Assembly (NCBI RefSeq): GCF_018977255.1 | Contig: NW_024704743.1 | Span: forward strand, 51,214,001-51,278,000 | Direction: 5' to 3' | DNA from: Callorhinchus milii | Taxonomy: Eukaryota | DNA length: 64,000 nt | Shown: one piece after another, positions 49,669-62,479 of the stretch | Position numbering within the stretch: the stretch's first letter is position 1 | Layout of the letters: every line of letters starts with the position of its first letter | Made by a program: the position numbers and the translations under genes | The notes under the pieces: generated by a model | The model's database searches: none | Told to the model about the DNA's origin: nothing | What the model saw: the letters and a program-made list of their open reading frames with translations, nothing else

Positions 49669-50304
49669 ACTGAGCTACAGGTTGGCAAGAGCCCAAGGAT
49701 TAAGGACCCCGGAATATGCAACAAAGAAAATTAAATAAAGTTAAATCAAATAATGGTTAAAAAAAATAAAATGTTCTGAGGTGCGAAGGGCAGCGAATAG
49801 GTGCAAGTTGTTGTAACTAGCGAGAGAGATTGGTCATTAAATGAGCGGACATCAATAGTCTCTTTCTGTCTCTTAAGTGACATGCCTGGCAACAGAATGT
49901 AACCTGAATGAGCAACAATATACTGAAGATGGTGCAGAGCATGCCTTCATACTCACCTGTAAATCAAGTAAATCCTCTGTGATAGTCTTGGTAGTCTAGT
50001 TCCTAAAGAAGGCAGGTCCAAAATACTACAGGCACTGTTGATGACAGATCAGCCAGCCTATCTCATTGACAGGACTTGGAAGGACAGAATAGGGGTTACT
50101 GAGGGCAGGGATTCTTCTTACTCAGCTCCTGTTAACCCTGCAAGCCAAAGATCTAACGGGTAGGATGGTTCTAGCTGGACAAACAGTGGGAATCTTACAA
50201 GACAATGCTTTCAATTGGCAAGCTATGCAGTTTTAGCTGGTTAGACTTCAGCAGTACACTAACACAAACTCTGGGTTCCCCAAGACTTGGCTCTTGCTAC
50301 CTTG

Positions 50305-50697
50305 TAGATTGAGTCAAGATCCTCGTCCTCAGCTTGAAAGCCCTCTCGGTTGTGTCTCCCCTTATGTCTACACTTGGATGGCAATCGACTGCTCCACGTC
50401 CTCCCAACTGCCCACTCCATCAGCGTTCAGCCCTTCTGCCCCCACCCTCTGGACTTCACCTTGGAGCCACTCGGTCTTATCCCCTTGCCCCCTCCCTTGC
50501 TTCCTTCAAGGCCAGTCTCAATAATTTCCTCTTCAACTGTGCCTTTGGTCATCTTTCCTCCCCCACACCACTTGCCCTCCACCGCTCGTGATTTCAAACC
50601 CCAACTCAGGTGCAAACCCTTCACTGCCCAGCAATTTGGGAGGTCCGTTGACGTGCAAGGCACTCTATAAATGCAACTTGTTGCTGTTGTTGTTGTT
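50305..50697 (+). mobile_element. L2 3' end nested in copy C
   Basis: AFSPSAPTLW; GACGTGCAAGGCACTCTATAAATGCAACTTGTTG tail; host sequence resumes at 50698. Confidence 0.85.
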
Positions 50698-51339
50698 AAT
50701 ACTTTCTGGAATTATGTAAGCAGGGTGTGACCCTCCATGAAAAGCATTTCATTCTGAACACTGGGATTTCCATGTTAGGTGGGAAACATGGAACTCTCAA
50801 TCTATTTTGGATATTTTTAAGCATGATGATGGGTTTCCACATGCGTCAGACACCTGACTGACTAAAAAAAAATATGCTGAAGATATGTCCCCGGCATCCA
50901 CGGAATTTGACAAATACTTTCATGAGTGAGACTAACTAGAAGATTATTGATGATGAAGACATGAGTTATGACCTGCTCACGTGGAGCTGCTTAATATATC
51001 ATGGCAGTCCACAACAATTTGAACACAGGTGGTAAGCTATAAAATGAATAAAAATGTAATTTTGTTTAGATTTTGTGTTGTTTTCAGAACTCAAGAAAGT
51101 AAATTGAAACTGTTTTGCGCTTCACTTCGGCATTGTGATGCTATACCTACAAAGCTGTGACTACTACTAATTTCCCAATGTTTCCATATAAAAGTCCTAT
51201 AATATATAATGGAAATGATATCTCAATTTCTAATGCTTTTGAAATAGCTTCACAATGCAAGAAAGCTACAACATTAAAGTAGACCATTTTGTTCATCATG
51301 TCTGTGATGGTGCTGGTTTCCCTCCTGGAGTTGTCTACT

Positions 51340-51540
51340 CTAATCCCGTTTCAGTGTTCTTTGCCCATAGAGTTACCAGTTCTAATCCCTCCCTCATGTC
51401 TCATCTGATCCTATTCCACTGCTCTTTACCTAAAATATTTTATTGCATCAATTTTACCCAATTCCCTTTCAAAATCATGTTCTGGAGTCAGCTTCAAGAA
51501 ATGTTGATGGCAAACTATTCCACATTCTAACAACCCTGTG
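51340..51540 (-). mobile_element. Degenerate CR1 3' fragment
   Basis: Minus strand CACAGGGTTGTTAGAATGTGGAATAGTTTGCC (xRVVRMWNSLP). Confidence 0.65.
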
Positions 51541-54500
51541 CTTTGCAGCAGGAAAATTCCCGATCAAATTGAAACACTTTTAATTCCTGATACACAACAT
51601 TTTTGTGTACCATCAGAGTTGATCTGAAACTTCCGAGGAGTATTCTTCATACTCACTTGTAAATTTACCAACCTTGGCTAAAATCCCATTATAAATCTTA
51701 CCGCCAAGGATCAGTAAATTCACTGACAATGGAGAAAAATATTCAGCTCGTGTCTCCAACCTTGAAGCTATCTTACAGAACAGTGATGAGAAGCAGGAGA
51801 TCACCGAATTCTTGAATGAGAGGGAGCCAGGGAACAACAGGGAAAATAATTCTCACTATGCTAGGTCACAGCAGGAAAGCTTTTAGTTGTCCTTGGATTA
51901 TACACAGTGCATTCCCTGTACAAATCCAGCAAACATTGAGGAAAATGGAAGCTACACCAATCTAATGATGACCTTGCAGCAGCCTTTTATTTAAGGAGCT
52001 GCTGGAGAAGATCATGTGATTGTGCGTGAGCACGTGCATGTGTGTGTGTGTGTGTGGTGGGGGGTGGGATTAGAACTGCTCAATCATATCATTAACAATG
52101 TCTATGCTCGCACTGTATATATTCGAGTCACAGCAGAAAAATATTGCATGCTATACCATTTGCCTACAAAATGCACAGTCACTACACTTTGTGAGGTTCT
52201 TTGATCAGTCCTCCCAACATGAAAGGTGCTTTATCAAATGCAAAGATTATTTTTTATTTTATAATTAGGCTGGGTTCAGTTGACAAAGCAGATTGGCTCC
52301 CTGTACTCCAGTGTCTCACACAGAAAAAGTGCCTTGAGACGTAAAGGGTGTCTCTTCCAGTTTACATCCCAAGATATTTATTCCTATGTGAGGTACTATT
52401 TACAGTACCATTTGTCCCTCAAGCACTTGTTAGTCCCTTTTTTCTCTCTTCATCCACACAACTGTTGAAACTGATTTGAAATTGCTTTGCAAGGAGGCTG
52501 AGGAATGGTCTGCATTTACCCAGCTAGCGACACACACAGAGCTCGGCTGCACTGCACTGAATACTGTATTTTTATTGCTATTGAACAGCCAGATCTGCAA
52601 CCGCCCCTCCAATAGCAATACAACCGTTTCTCAAAAATCGAATGGTTCTCATAAGTTCTAGCCAACAATCATCCAGAATAATTGATCATTCACCACATGG
52701 CTATTAGTGGGACCTCACCAGTGCAAATAATTATCATGTTTGCCTTCAAAAAACAGTCACTGCTCTTGATAGTAATTACCTCTGAAGCACTTTGAGACAT
52801 TTGAATGAGATAAGGCGCTATAAAAATGCAAATCGTTGCTAAACTATGCACACTTATTTTCGATTGCAAGTTTTGTCAAACGTTGCAAGTTGATTTATGC
52901 CGGATTGTTTTTAGTCTATTTGTATTGTTATCACTTGGTGTGTATAGGGTTCGTGGAGTACATTACATAACTAATGAGAATAAGCAGTGTAATATATTTC
53001 TGCTGGAACTGGTCTTCTAATAAATAAAGCAATTTTTGTTCAGCGATCACCACCTCTGGCGTAAAACATTTTAGGGGTGAATCTTAGAAGGGCTTTAAAT
53101 TTAGGAACCTTTGCAAAATCACATTCTAAACTCACACCGTTGAGGCCCATGAATTCTCAAATCAGCAGAGAATAAGATGTTCCTAGACTCTGAGGCCCTT
53201 AAGTTTACTGACCTTTGGAGAATCACCATCTATATTATTAAATTTGCATTGGAATTTGTGAACCAGCATTAATGCTACCCAAAGTACCCTTAATACCACA
53301 TTGTCATTTTCTGCATCGCTGCAAGTATGAATAAAAATTTACAGCACTCTGAATATAAGCTCCAAAGTCATTAATTCGCAGATTGCCTCTTGACTTGCAA
53401 GATAAATTCAGTTGGTTATCAACTAGTTCTTCAGTCTGATAAAAAAAACTTTGGGGTGAAAAAATGTGGCATTTCATAATATTATAATAATCCTTTTATA
53501 CGGCATCTTTCATGTCAGGAAGACGTCTCAAAGCACTTCACAGGTCCAACAACATATTGTAGTTGAACATTTAATAATTATTGAACGTGATATATGATCT
53601 GTTCGTGATGATTCATTATTCCATCTATTTCTAAAGATCACCTGTGGGTGTGAACATCCCCATGTCCTCAGCACAATGGTTGGGCCTGGATATTTCTTTG
53701 CTCTGTTACTGCTACCAATTACAGTGATCAGTGTTTGAAAGCAGCTAAAACAGGAGACTGACATAAGTCAACTGATATCCTGTGAAAGCAGCACTCAAAC
53801 CCTCCCTCTGGGGTAAAATAGAAAGGTCGGGCCCACAAAGTGTGACGATAGACTTTGGACAACATTATTGTGCCGACATCAGGGGAAGAGATGTTCACTC
53901 TCACAAACAGTTTCCAAGAAAGGATGGAAAAGTGCAAGGGTTTGTAACAGTCGGAGATGATTATCAAATCTATTATTAAACATCAGATTGTCACCTCTTT
54001 ATTAGGATCATCTCCCTCATTGATCAGTCATGGGCCTTTGGCTCCATTTGGATTGTACTCCTTGAAATAGTGGGCTGTATACATGGGTTCTTGTTGTGCT
54101 CTATCTCTATCTGACAAAAAAATTTCACCATCACTGAGAGAATTAAAAATTAAGTCAGAATGCCACAAAGTTATAACTGGATCATAAAAGTGTCATATAG
54201 ACAAAATGATCTCAATGGTGTCAAACATTTATAATAATAATCCTTGTATTCGTTATATATATATCATATCTTTGAGACGTCTCACAGCGTTTCACAGAAT
54301 ATACTGTATAGTGAATTTACTGTACATATTTTGTGGGTGAAACAGGTGCAACACCTAACGGTAACCAGAAGTGAATCAAACTGGACCATGGCAATTGCAC
54401 AACGATAAATCTAGATCCACATTTTCAGTTACTATTTGCATTTCAACATCACTATTAGAGCCTCTCATTGTGAATCACTACATATTAGATCCCACTATCA

Positions 54501-54789
54501 CCCAGTGTCACTGTACATTAAATCTATCAGTGTGTTTAAAGGAATCTAAACCCATTGCTAAAGTTATTCCTTTGCTTATCCATTTTCCTAAGCATGTATT
54601 TGCTATAAATGTTTCTCAGCTGTTTCTTATTATGCACACAACACTCTCCTACTTAGGCCACTAGTTCTGTTTATAACCATACACCGCAGTAATACCAGTC
54701 CAACACAAATAATGTCAACAATCTGTCACTCACCCAAAGGTAAGTGAAAAGCCTCGAAAAGAAGAGGGAGTTAGCCAATATGGGCCTAA

Positions 54790-54965
54790 ATAAAATTGAT
54801 CATTCATTTCATAGCTGTTTGTAGGATATGGCTATGCGAAAATTGGCTACAAAGTTCGCACACAAACCACACAGTCACTATACTTTGCAGTATATCATGT
54901 GAAGTGCTTTGAGATGTCCTCCCCAAGTGAAAGGCACTATACCACATGTAAGCATTATTATTATG
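54790..54965 (+). mobile_element. DeuSINE 3' fragment
   Basis: GCTGTTTGTAGGAT..AAATTGGCT..GAGATGTCCTCCCCAAGTGAAAGGCACTAT. Confidence 0.7.
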
Positions 54966-56259
54966 TCAGTACAGTTCAAATCACTCCATAGAGGTATTTT
55001 TGGTGTGGTTTTCGTTGATGGGTTAGCCAGACCAATAACACTGCCAAGTTACACATGAATGGATGTTACTTTTCTTAGTATCTTTCAACTTCCTAAAACA
55101 GCTACTTTCTGCAAGAATTTTTGATATTTTGTTTACCAGATATTTTGTCAAGCCATTTCGTAATAGTCTTATTAACAGTCTCAGTTACACCAATGATTGT
55201 AGAAACTACTGTGTTATACTGTCACATACACCTGCATTTAATTTGTAGATCAATGTATTTCCTGATCTTCTGTAGTTCCTTATTTCTTACTTTGTAATCA
55301 CTTGGGATAGCCACATCAATAATAATGCATGTACAATCTTGTTGGCTTTTTATGATGATATATTTTGATGTTATAGGTGACTATTCTATCTATGTATTTG
55401 AGAGTCCCAGATTTTTGCGATGTTATTTTTCGGTGTCACTTTTGCTGGTTGATGTTCATACCAGTTGGTCTTTACATCAATATCAAAGTGTTTACAAATT
55501 GTCCAATAATATATTTAGCTGCATTATTAAGTCAAATCAGATACTGTGATTGTGCTAGGGCTGGACATGATGACAATATGTAATCTACTGTTTCTGATGC
55601 TTGGTGACATGTTCAGCGTTTTCGATCAATGTTTCTCTTTAAGATCCTTATTTTCATAATAACGGGTAGTAATTGCTTATTCTTGTGCTGATATTATCAG
55701 AATTTCTGATATGGCATTCAGATCCTGTTAGTCAACCAGTTGAAGCTTTTACTCAAATCTAGACCTTGTTCTTTCATTTCTCTTGGAAGTTGACCATGGA
55801 AAATGTCTCCTATTCGTTTTTTCTACTAGATATCATTTCCTTACTTTCTTTTTACTATTAAAATCTTAAAAGAGAAAGCTGGAGAATTCTTCAATTCAGT
55901 CTTCATTTGAAATGTTTTCCTGTTTTCCTATTCTAAAACAGTAGGATTTGGAGCCTAAAATGTTTACAGTTCAGTATCATACTGGGAAGTGCATTTAGCC
56001 TCTGAGCCATTGGGTGCAAACTTACTTCCAATTATTAAACCAGGGACATTGGGGAACGTTTTTCAATGTATTCCTGTACTTTGATGGTGGGGGAAGTCCA
56101 TAAAATGTTCCTATGCTGTTCTTGCAGACTTTTTCGCCACTTTATATTTGGCCCTTTCTTATGCGTGTCTCAGATTGTGATTCAAAAGGATTGCAATTTT
56201 AGGCTGTTTGAGTGCAGAACCTAGTTTACTGAAAAACTCTTCCTTAGAGCTTTATTAGT

Positions 56260-56575
56260 GGAGTCCTGTAGCTCAGTGGTGAGAGCACTCGCCTTGCAAG
56301 CGAGACACCTGCATCAATTCCCGGCAGGGCGAAACTTTGGGTAAGTTTCCTTACTCCACACGCCTAATAATAATCCCTCCAAAACAAAACAATAATAAAT
56401 TGGTCATTTTAAATCCACGACTGTTTGTGGGACATTGCTGTGCGCAATTGGTTGCCGCGTTTCGCCCACAAATATACAGTCAATTCACTTTACAGCATAT
56501 TCTGTGAAGCGCTTTAAGAAGTTGAGAAGACATGAAAAGCACTATATCAAGTGCAAGGATTATTATTATTATTAT
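56260..56575 (+). mobile_element. tRNA-derived Deu-domain SINE (short-core form)
   Basis: GGAGTCCTGTAGCTCAGTGG head through (TTA)n tail. Confidence 0.93.
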
Positions 56576-57327
56576 GATGTACAATATACTTATATCCTGG
56601 AGTGTGCTGGAAGCTGGGAGTCAACAGGCAAAGAAAGCATTTCCGTTATAGCACAACATTCGACGAGTTTAAAAGCAACTTTCAAGAACAAGTGGATTAT
56701 TATTTAGGAGTAGTTAAAGAAATTGGCGCTGGGAAGCTGAGTGATTGTGGTGACAGTTCAAACAGTTAGGCTGTTGCTCAGAGCAGACCAGGTTTGCAGA
56801 ATGACAGGAGCCTGCATGTCTGTTTTGATTGAAGGCAATGAGCAAATGAAACTAAGCTGAAGTGAACCGAAATGGCAGGGTGAACTGAATATGTTGAATG
56901 GTCTCCTCTTCTTATACCTTTTTACACTCTCATACATTGTGACTCCAGCCAGTTGCCAGGACCTGCTGATGACTCAATATAGGAACAGGAGTAAACCAGA
57001 GATTTTGTCTCAGTCACTAGACATCTTCCAAGGCCATTGTATTCTTCCTCAGTCCAAAACTGAACACAATACTCTAAATGAGATCTAACGATCTAAGTTT
57101 CCATTCATCTTAAGGAGATGGATGGTCCACTTCATATTTTCTCACCATAGCCTTGTGAGGAGATACATATACAAAAAAATTATTGTATTTTACAACATAT
57201 ATATGTATACAAAATCTTTCATGTCAGAAGGATATCTTCATACTTGCGGATTGATGCGTCCGTTTTTCAACTTATTGCAACCCGCTCCCCAAATAACCAT
57301 ACTTTATGCATATTTTAATCTAAAGAT

Positions 57328-57750
57328 TGGCTTGATTGGGAACACTCGCTCTCTGAGTCAAAAGATTGTTGGTTCAACCTCCACGTTGCGAATTCCAACT
57401 CACATCTTAGGCTGACACTTCAAAGCAGCGCTGAGGGTTGGCTGCATTGTGTGGACATGCCTTCAATGAGACGAGACATTAAACTGAGGTCCTATCTGTC
57501 TATTCATATGAATGTTAAAGATTGCAAGCCACCACCTGAGAATAGAACTGAGTTTCTCCCAATGTTCTATTCAACAATCCCCAGATAAAATAAACTTGTA
57601 ATTTCCTTCAGGGCTGTTTGTTGGACATTGCTGTTCACCAATTGGCTGCTGCATTCAGTTATACATTTTGGTCACTATACTTTACAGTAAATCCCATCAA
57701 GTGCTTTGAGATATTTTGACATTATCATATATCAAATACAAGGCTTGATA
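57328..57750 (+). mobile_element. Older DeuSINE
   Basis: CTCTGAGTCAAAAGATTGTTGGTTCAACCTCCAC head; Deu domain; tail. Confidence 0.8.
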
Positions 57751-57769
57751 TATTGTTTAATTGTTAGCT

Positions 57770-58048
57770 CCCTCTTCTTTGGAAGAAGCTCCCCTCTTTT
57801 ATTCAAACAGGCCAGACAGATGGAACCTTAGTTAAGCGCTCTGGGACGCTGTCATACATGAGGGGTGCTATATAAATACAAGTTGTTGTTGTTAGTTTCA
57901 CATCTCATCTGAAACATGATACTTCTGACAGTTTAGCATTGCACTGGAGTGTCAGCCTAGATTATGAGCTCAAGTGCCGACGTGAAACTTGAACACACAA
58001 CTTTCTGTTCTAGAGGCAAGAGTGCTACCAACTGAGCTGAGCTGACAC
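57770..58048 (-). mobile_element. Older DeuSINE 5' part
   Basis: Minus strand GCTCAGTTGGTAGCACTCTTGCCTCTAG..GGCTGACACTCCAGTGCA. Confidence 0.8.
57834..57891 (+). mobile_element. L2 tail-only insertion, 58 bp, 6-bp TSD
   Basis: TTAGTT at 57828-57833 and 57892-57897 flanks AAGCGCTCTGGGACGCT...AAGTTGTTGTTG. Confidence 0.9.
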
Positions 58049-58834
58049 TTTGATAACCTACAGTAAATACTTCAAGTAAAGTCTGACAAATTTGAGTTTC
58101 TGTCTACTTTGAGGAGGTTGCTCGCTTCCACTTCAAATCTCCTTACTATATATTTTTTTACAAATGTGCTCATGAACAAAATAGCTGCTTAACGAAATAA
58201 CTCAATGAAACAGGATCTTCCATCTGTGGAACTTAAAAAGAAACAGCGGGAAGGATATTAACCAATATAATGAAGGATACCTTCTGAAGGGCTATCCATT
58301 GAAAATGCGGAAACAGCCTTCAACAACAGGTGAGAAATGATATGGTGAAACGTCGATCATATCCATTTTCATCTGTCTCCACCAAGGGTCATTTGTATCA
58401 TCACATGGTGCCTATTGTCAAATCCATGTAGGGCAATAGGTTGAGGCCTGGACTGTTTGTCAGCTTAAGTGTGGCTAATTTATTTGAAAATGTTTGCTTA
58501 TATTAGAGACAACTATCAGAACAGAGTGGCAGAATACAGTTGTAATATTTTATGGCTCTGACCTACAACAATTTTCTTCTGGGGGTGTGGGGTTATGTTA
58601 TCTTGTGCAGCTGTTAACCATTAACATTATCTTCCAGATGCTTCTTGTGTGCACATTCACAGATCCCACGGATTTAAATATCACCGTTGTCTGTGGAAAA
58701 GTGTGATCAAATCCACAACTACCCCTCACTTGCACAAAGTACCATCCAAGAGAATATCATCTGTCTGCAAAACACACAGTTATTACATTTTGGAGTAAAT
58801 ACAGTGGAGGACTTGAGATGTCCAGAATGATATC

Positions 58835-59263
58835 TGGATTGAAGTGTCTTAGTTATGAAGACAGAATGGGCAAATGAGTGCTACACATCCTTGAACAGAG
58901 GAGGTTGAGGGGTTATCTGATAAAGCTGTTCAAGATAATATAATGAATTGACAGAATGGAAAGGACATTCTTTCTCATGATTGCAGATTTCAGAACAAGA
59001 GGACATAATCTGTTAAAAGTAAACTCAGTAAACATTTCTTTACTCAGAGATGTGGGATTGTGGATTTCACTTCCTCAAAGGACTGTTGATGCAGATTTGT
59101 CGGAATGTTTAAAAGGGAAGTAGGTAATTACTTGGCTTGTAATGGTATCAGAGGGTGTGGAGAAAAGACAGGCAATTTGGATTGATTTACACATCAGCCA
59201 CAATCTAGGAAAATGGTGGATCAGACACGACAACTAAATTATCTTCTCCTATTCCTGTGTTCC
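58835..59263 (+). mobile_element. CR1 LINE 3' end
   Basis: LSYEDR..LEQRRLRGYLIKLFKI, RTRGH and FFTQR motifs, then a 3' UTR ending CTCCTATTCCTGTGTTCC. Confidence 0.88.
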
Positions 59264-59842
59264 TAAATGAATCATCTCATGGATCCTTGGTTCTCTGCAT
59301 TGAAGATCTCTCCTTTACACTACTCCCACACAGAATAGGAGTGAATCACTCACAAATCATCCCACTCCTGCTTTTACAAGCATTAGGGACTCAACATAAG
59401 ATGCAGTCAAGCAAAGCATTGGTAGACCTCATGTCAACAACACCTCTGCGTTATCGCATGGCCCTGCACAAGGGACAATGAACATCACCTCTGCAGACTT
59501 TAGTGGTTCAATTTTTGTTCCTATGACAAAGATCTACAATTCAGTGACAGAAATGGGACACTGGCTTAGCTCAACCATTGCTCAGTGAAACAGCATTCAA
59601 AACGCTGCCACCGGGAGTTGAGGAAAAGAAATGGACCAGTTAAACAGGAATCAAAGATCGTAGGGAAAACTTAAGTGGGGAAAGATATTGAGGAAACAGC
59701 CTTCGAACTGAGCCATTGTACTGAATATTAATAATAATCCTTCCATTGCATATAGCCTCTTTCATGTCTGGATGATGTCTTAAAGTACCTCACAGGATTG
59801 ACTCAAAGTGTAATGACTGTGAGTCTTGCAATAAATAAATAA

Positions 59843-60150
59843 AATAATCCTTGCATTTGATGTAGCACTTTTCATGTCTTCTCGACTTTCATGTCCCAAA
59901 GCACTTCACAAAATATATTGTAAAGTGAATTGACTGTATATTTGTGGATGAAACGCAGCAGCCAATTGTGCACAACAGTGTCCCACAAACAGTCGTGGAT
60001 TGAAGTAACCAATTTTATTTTTTTTTCTTGAGGGATTAACATCAGGAGTGTGGAGTAAGGAAACTTGCCCAAGGTCTCACCCTGTCAGGAATCGAACCCG
60101 GGTCTCTTGCTTGTGAGGTGAATGCACTAACCACTGAGCTACAGGACTCC
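59843..60150 (-). mobile_element. tRNA-derived SINE (short-core form)
   Basis: Head GGAGTCCTGTAGCTCAGTGGTTAG at 60150; tail at 59843. Confidence 0.92.
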
Positions 60151-60476
60151 GGACTTGTCAGGGCTGCAGACTATATGACTTCTCAGGGAACTTGGCAGCC
60201 AATTTGCATTCAGCAATATCCCATAAACAACCATTGTGCTGTTGAATCAATGATCAATTTATTTGGTGGATTGTTGGCCGGAAGTCATGGAAGCAAGTAT
60301 TCACACCCAAACCTATCGATAGCTATAGATATGTTTGGATCAACCTTTTTGGCAAAGTAACAATTAGCATCAGTGATAACTATAATTTTAAATGTTGTAT
60401 TTTTCAACTCAATAAATCAACCCAATTGGTAAATGACTGCAGCTCTCTCTGGAGCAGGGGCATAGCTACATAACAG

Positions 60477-60533
60477 TAACAACAACTTGCATTTATATAG
60501 CACCCGTCATGCATGGTAGTGTCCCAGAGTGCT
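60477..60533 (-). mobile_element. L2 tail-only insertion, 57 bp, 10-bp TSD
   Basis: TACATAACAG at 60467-60476 and 60534-60543 flanks the stem-loop and (AAC)n. Confidence 0.9.
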
Positions 60534-62479
60534 TACATAACAGCTTGCTTACACAGTTGTAGTTTCCTCACTGCTCCTGACACCCCTTACATATCCCAAC
60601 ATGGTCTACAACGTGAATTGAAAAATGTCTGAATTTTTTAAAATTTATACCATATTAAATTTCTGTGCTTTCAGTTAATAATCACAGTAAAACGTCTGAC
60701 AGATACATCAAGGGAAAAGGTTCATTCAATAATTTACTGTGAGCCACAAGCATGTAATAGCAACAATTAGTAGCTGTTTTCATCCATATTTCCCACATTC
60801 TGTCATACCAATTCACTGTGGTCCTACGTTTTTGGTTATTGATGAGACTAATTTTGTGAGAGCCTGGGGATGCTGATGTCCCAGACCAGAGTGAGGGAAA
60901 CTACTCATTCGTCATCACATGAATTTCTCAGCAGACAAAAATACGCTCAGTACCCCCTCCTCCCCAAGGAATAATAAATCTAAAGAGTTTCCTATTTTGG
61001 ACAAGAGTGCGGAGGTGAAAAGTGACTTTCAATCAAAGCGTGAGTTGTACGAACTGGTGTATTTACCCACTGTTTTAGTTCTCTGTCTCTTGAGACTTGC
61101 TTGGAAGGTAATCAGCTCCAGACATGCTCATTCTATTCTGCCCTTTTTTTCACTGTTACTTTCATCTGCGCAAACTCTATGAAAAACAGCAAGCTGTTTT
61201 TTTTCCATCTAGAACTGAGACAGCAGGTTCCCATTTGGACTAAGGGCAGATCAAATCAGATTACAGCGTTTTCATAGTGTGATACTACAGAACGCAAACT
61301 GTAGCCCAGTAACACTCATTGCCTCATGGAGATAGATGAAAGCAGACCCACTTCAGATGCCTCCTCGAGAAAAAAAACTATTTGTTTTTGCTAGCAAACA
61401 TCACACAGTCAGAATAGGTCACCAGAGTGGTGGAGGGATAGATGAGCAGCACTCTCGAAGAGAGATTTGAAAGGACTTTGTGTTCAAACATATTTCTATC
61501 TGTATTGATATATGATCGGAAGACCTTTGAATTTCTTTGCCAGTCATAAAGGTCAGTGTCTAAGTGATCACAGAGCCACCCCCTTCTACAGTGAGCATTC
61601 AATATCTGATAAGACAGGGGATGTATTGCACATCAGAGGCTGACCAGTTAACACTCTCTGTTGCAGCGTTCATGTAGGAAGCTCTATAAAGCTTCGCCCT
61701 ATGGTGTAAATTGTGCACTTGGTGTCCTGGTTAGAGCCTAGCTTTGCTCAGCTGTGGAATTAGCAACTTTGGCTGCGCTGGAAGACCCAGGAGCCCTAAA
61801 GATTTTCTCAGCAGTGTTTCCTGAGGAGACAAAAATCAATTCTCTCTGCCCTGCTAAAGTGCTGCATAATACAGTAGACAGCGCTTCACAAGTTATTGTG
61901 ATTGTCATGGTGGGCGAAGAACAACAGCAAGGTCGCATGCTGTAAAGCTAGAACTCCAGTTGATTTTGTGAGCCAATTCTATGCACACTGCCTGCCACAA
62001 ACCAAACTGCCAGCATTTTGACAGCTTTGATCCATATTTTAAAAGATGTGGTGCACCAACTAAAGTCATCTTGGAGTTAAAAGAGAAGACAGCATACAAA
62101 CCTTTAGCCCCAGTGAATTGATGCCACTTATACCTGAAATTTAAGAAAGGGAAACAAACTATGCTCAGCTATTTTATTCTAGTCAAAATTCTGGAGATTT
62201 AAAAAATAATATTAATGGTCTTATAGTGATTCCTGACTGTGAATGAAAGAATAATAAATAAATCAAGTGGAAAAGAAGTCTTCAGTATTAATTATTCTTT
62301 AATTTATATTATATAATACAACTATTGGAACAATTGTTTGGTACAAGTTGTTGTATCAAAGCTAGGCTGTGATGCCCCTCCATGGTCAACTCAGCACCAA
62401 CTGCTTAATCCTTCATGAGGACCTGGATTAAACAGCTGATGCTGAATAAACATCATCACAAGATGTCAAGTAAAGCTCA

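Larger units (their letters stand above)
48580..50872 (+). mobile_element. CCHC-knuckle non-LTR family, copy C, interrupted by SINEs, a MITE fragment and an L2
   Basis: 48580-48980 aligns to 62490-62920; 49961-50304 and 50698-50872 align to 62950-63365 and copy A; ends GACT plus an A-run. Confidence 0.8.

Noticed and set aside
51707..51886. Open frame ..LEAILQNSDEKQEITEFLNERE.. faintly like an RGS helix
   Set aside because: No clean splice sites, ends in a stop, and the resemblance is too weak
158..60360. Many short ORFs ending in ..YIKCKDYYY or containing IHFTVYSVK
   Set aside because: These are chance translations of the SINE tail, not a gene family
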